NCBI GenBank assembly: GCA_963696385.1
Contig: CAVOKF010000007.1
Coordinates: 1,024,001 to 1,088,000, forward strand
Length of the DNA: 64,000 bases
From: an uncultured delta proteobacterium
GTDB taxonomy: Bacteria; Myxococcota_A; Polyangia; Polyangiales; Polyangiaceae
Reading direction: 5' to 3'
Below, in pieces: positions 61,759 to 64,000 of the stretch. The notes beneath the pieces were generated by a model. It did not search any database and had not been told where the DNA came from. It saw nothing but the letters and a program-made list of their open reading frames with translations. The stretch's first letter is position 1. Each line of letters begins with the position of its first letter. Made by a program: the position numbers and the translations under genes.

Positions 61759-62565
61759 ATGGCGCCGTCTTTACCCTGTGCCCTTGCCGTCGGCGGGCTG
61801 GACCCGGGCGGCGGCGCCGGCATCGCGGCAGATTTACGTGCGTTCGCCGCTGCCGGAACGTTCGGATGCGCGGCCATCGCCGTTCTGACCGTCCAGTCGA
61901 CGGCGGGGTTGCGCCGTGCGTATCCCGTCGCCGCCCACAAGGTGACCGCTCAGGCCGAAGAGGTGATGGGGCACCAGCGGGTTCGGGCCGTCAAAGTCGG
62001 GGCCCTCGGCAGTCGGGAGAACGTGCGTGCCGTCGCGCGCTTGATGGCGCGCTATCCCGATGTCCCGTTCGTCGTCGACACGCCGATGCGACCGACCCGG
62101 GGCCGTGGGCCTCTTTTACCCAAGGAAGCCGGCGCTGCTCTGAGAGACGACCTCCTGCCGCGCGCGACGGTCGTAACGCTCAACGTCCCCGAGGTTCGAG
62201 CGTTGCTCGGAGCACGCTTGAGAAACCTCGACGACGCGCGCCTCGCGGCGCAACGGCTCGCCCAAGAGGGACCCCGGGTCGTGCTCGTGAAGGCAGGGCA
62301 CATGACCGGGCCCTTGGCGACGGACGTGGCCATCGTCGACGGCCTCGCAGTCGAATTGCGCGCGCGCCGTCTTCGCATTCCGCCCACACACGGCAGCGGC
62401 TGCACGCTGGCCTCCCTCATCGCCGGCCGTCTCGCTCACTCGACCTCCGCACGTCCCCATGGCGAGACGATTCTCGCGGCGCTTCGCTGGGCCAAGCGAG
62501 TGCATCACGCCGCACTCGCCCGCACGGTGCGTGTCGGAGAGGGACTGCGGGTTCTGATCTTCTGA
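61759..62565 (+). CDS. thiD: Hydroxymethylpyrimidine/phosphomethylpyrimidine kinase
   Basis: GGLDPGGGAGIAADLR, LTVQST, VKVGALG, VLVKAGH, THGSGCTLAS. Confidence 0.93.
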   Translation: MAPSLPCALAVGGLDPGGGAGIAADLRAFAAAGTFGCAAIAVLTVQSTAGLRRAYPVAAHKVTAQAEEVMGHQRVRAVKVGALGSRENVRAVARLMARYPDVPFVVDTPMRPTRGRGPLLPKEAGAALRDDLLPRATVVTLNVPEVRALLGARLRNLDDARLAAQRLAQEGPRVVLVKAGHMTGPLATDVAIVDGLAVELRARRLRIPPTHGSGCTLASLIAGRLAHSTSARPHGETILAALRWAKRVHHAALARTVRVGEGLRVLIF

Positions 62566-62588
62566 TGGGCGGGTCCGCGCGACACGAC

Positions 62589-63938
62589 TCATGTCGTGTA
62601 GTCGGCGTTGATGTCGATGTATCCGTGACTCAAGTCACACCCCCAGACGGTCGCCGCATGCCGTCCGGCCCCGATGCGGACGTCGATGAACACCCGCGTC
62701 GAGCTCTTGATCGCCCTTGCCAGGGCGGCCAGATCGACCTCGATGGCCTCCGACCGAGCGAAAACCGTGTGTCCCATCAGCGTGATCGTCAAGTCGGCGG
62801 GGGAAATTGCACGAATGGCGACCCGTTCGTCCGGCTTGCCGATGGCCATGACGATCCGGCCCCAGTTTGGGTCCCCTCCATGCATCGCGGTCTTCACGAG
62901 CGGAGAGTTGACGACTCTTTTGGCGACGAGGACCGCATCCGCGACGCCGGTATCGAGGCGGACGGTGCACTCGATGAGTTTGGTGGCACCCTCGGCCTGG
63001 ATCACGACGTCGCGCGCGAGCTTGAGCGACATACAGCGAACCGCGTCGACGAAATCCGATCGGGACGCGTCGTCGAGCGAGGCGCGACGGGTCGAAAACA
63101 CGACGACGCTGTCGCTCGTGCTCGTGTCCGAATCCACGCTCAGGCGATTGAACGTGCGGTCGACCGCGCCCGAGAGAATCTCGTGGAGCGCCGGCGGCGT
63201 AACGTCGGCGTTCGTGAAAAAATAGACGAGCATGGTGGCCATGTTCGGCTCGATCATGCCGGCTCCTTTGGCCAGCCCGCACACGACGACATCGCCGATC
63301 CGCACCGAGCAGACCTTCGGCCTCCGGTCGGTCGTCAGGATGGCGCGAGAGACCTCGTCGAGCGCCATCGGGCGGAGCCTTCGAGAAACGCCGGCGATGG
63401 CCGCGCGCACCTTGTCCATGGGCAGCGGGACGCCGATCACACCGGTAAACGACAGCACGACGTCGTTCGCATCGACCCCGAGCTCCGCGGCCAACCACTG
63501 GGCCGTCATGAGCGTGTCCGCGTCGCCGTGGGGGGTAAAGACGTTCGCGTTCTTGCTGACGACTGCGAGGGCTTGCGCGCGTCCATCGGCCAGAACCTCG
63601 CGGTCGAAGCGCACGGCGAAACCAGGGCACAGACTCTTGGTGAATACCCCGGCGGCAGCCCCCGGCTCATCGAGCTTGACCACCGAGAAGTCGAGGACAC
63701 CCTCGTACTTGATTCCCGCCGCCATGGCGGCGGCGCGCACTCCTTCCGGTTGGTGGGCGAGGGTCGGCTCGATGGCGACGTCGCGACCCAGCAGGCGCGA
63801 CCGAAAGCTCACGACGTCATCCGAGGGATCATCGGACTGGGCCGGCTCGAGATACGCGTTCCAGTCCTCGAAGACTTTGCGCCTCACGGGGCGGTCACCC
63901 TGCCATGAGTGGGCCTCCGCGTCACGCCCGTCCGTCAC
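62589..63938 (-). CDS. argJ: Bifunctional glutamate N-acetyltransferase / amino-acid acetyltransferase
   Basis: AAGIK, AGVFT, TGVIG, ILTTD, KGAGMIEPNMATML, DTSTSD, EGATK, DPNWGR, WGCDLS..YIDINADY. Confidence 0.95.
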   Translation of the reverse strand: MTDGRDAEAHSWQGDRPVRRKVFEDWNAYLEPAQSDDPSDDVVSFRSRLLGRDVAIEPTLAHQPEGVRAAAMAAGIKYEGVLDFSVVKLDEPGAAAGVFTKSLCPGFAVRFDREVLADGRAQALAVVSKNANVFTPHGDADTLMTAQWLAAELGVDANDVVLSFTGVIGVPLPMDKVRAAIAGVSRRLRPMALDEVSRAILTTDRRPKVCSVRIGDVVVCGLAKGAGMIEPNMATMLVYFFTNADVTPPALHEILSGAVDRTFNRLSVDSDTSTSDSVVVFSTRRASLDDASRSDFVDAVRCMSLKLARDVVIQAEGATKLIECTVRLDTGVADAVLVAKRVVNSPLVKTAMHGGDPNWGRIVMAIGKPDERVAIRAISPADLTITLMGHTVFARSEAIEVDLAALARAIKSSTRVFIDVRIGAGRHAATVWGCDLSHGYIDINADYTT

Positions 63939-64000
63939 GCGATAGAGAGTGGCAACGCGTGACGCGCCACCGGTGCCGTTCGGCCAAATGCTCGCTCGTA

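Overview
GC-rich window from a myxobacterium (Polyangiaceae/Labilithrix-like, inferred from eukaryotic-like Ser/Thr kinases, glt/nfs-type genes and Cys-rich repeat lipoproteins). Most of it is housekeeping (pyrD, ald, leuB-like, glmS, galE, trpS, PBP1A, rluD, mscS, argD, rlmI, leuA-like, ftsEX-envC, thiD, argJ). Two accessory blocks stand out. (1) At 0.2-9.4 kb a FAAL / acyl-CoA dehydrogenase / ACP / acyl-CoA dehydrogenase operon sits next to a multi-TM sensor fused to a Ser/Thr kinase and a PilZ-like + PhcB-like SAM methyltransferase. I propose this is a candidate fatty-acid methyl ester signal synthesis and sensing system that uses a Hanks kinase instead of a histidine kinase. (2) At 47.5-61.7 kb a glt/nfs-like envelope cluster (OMP, GltC/D/E/F/G-like) is interrupted by an opposite-strand gene for a ~1250 aa Cys-rich repeat lipoprotein. 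Also seen: a P1B-ATPase-like protein lacking all catalytic motifs, four single-base frameshifts (three restore a GATC site, suggesting a methylation-linked sequencing artefact), an intergenic GGTCGN hexamer repeat, a small TatA-like ORF missing from the ORF track, and an intergenic Ser/Thr kinase remnant. No rRNA, tRNA, CRISPR array or transposase was recognised. All family calls come from motif recognition by eye, not database searches.
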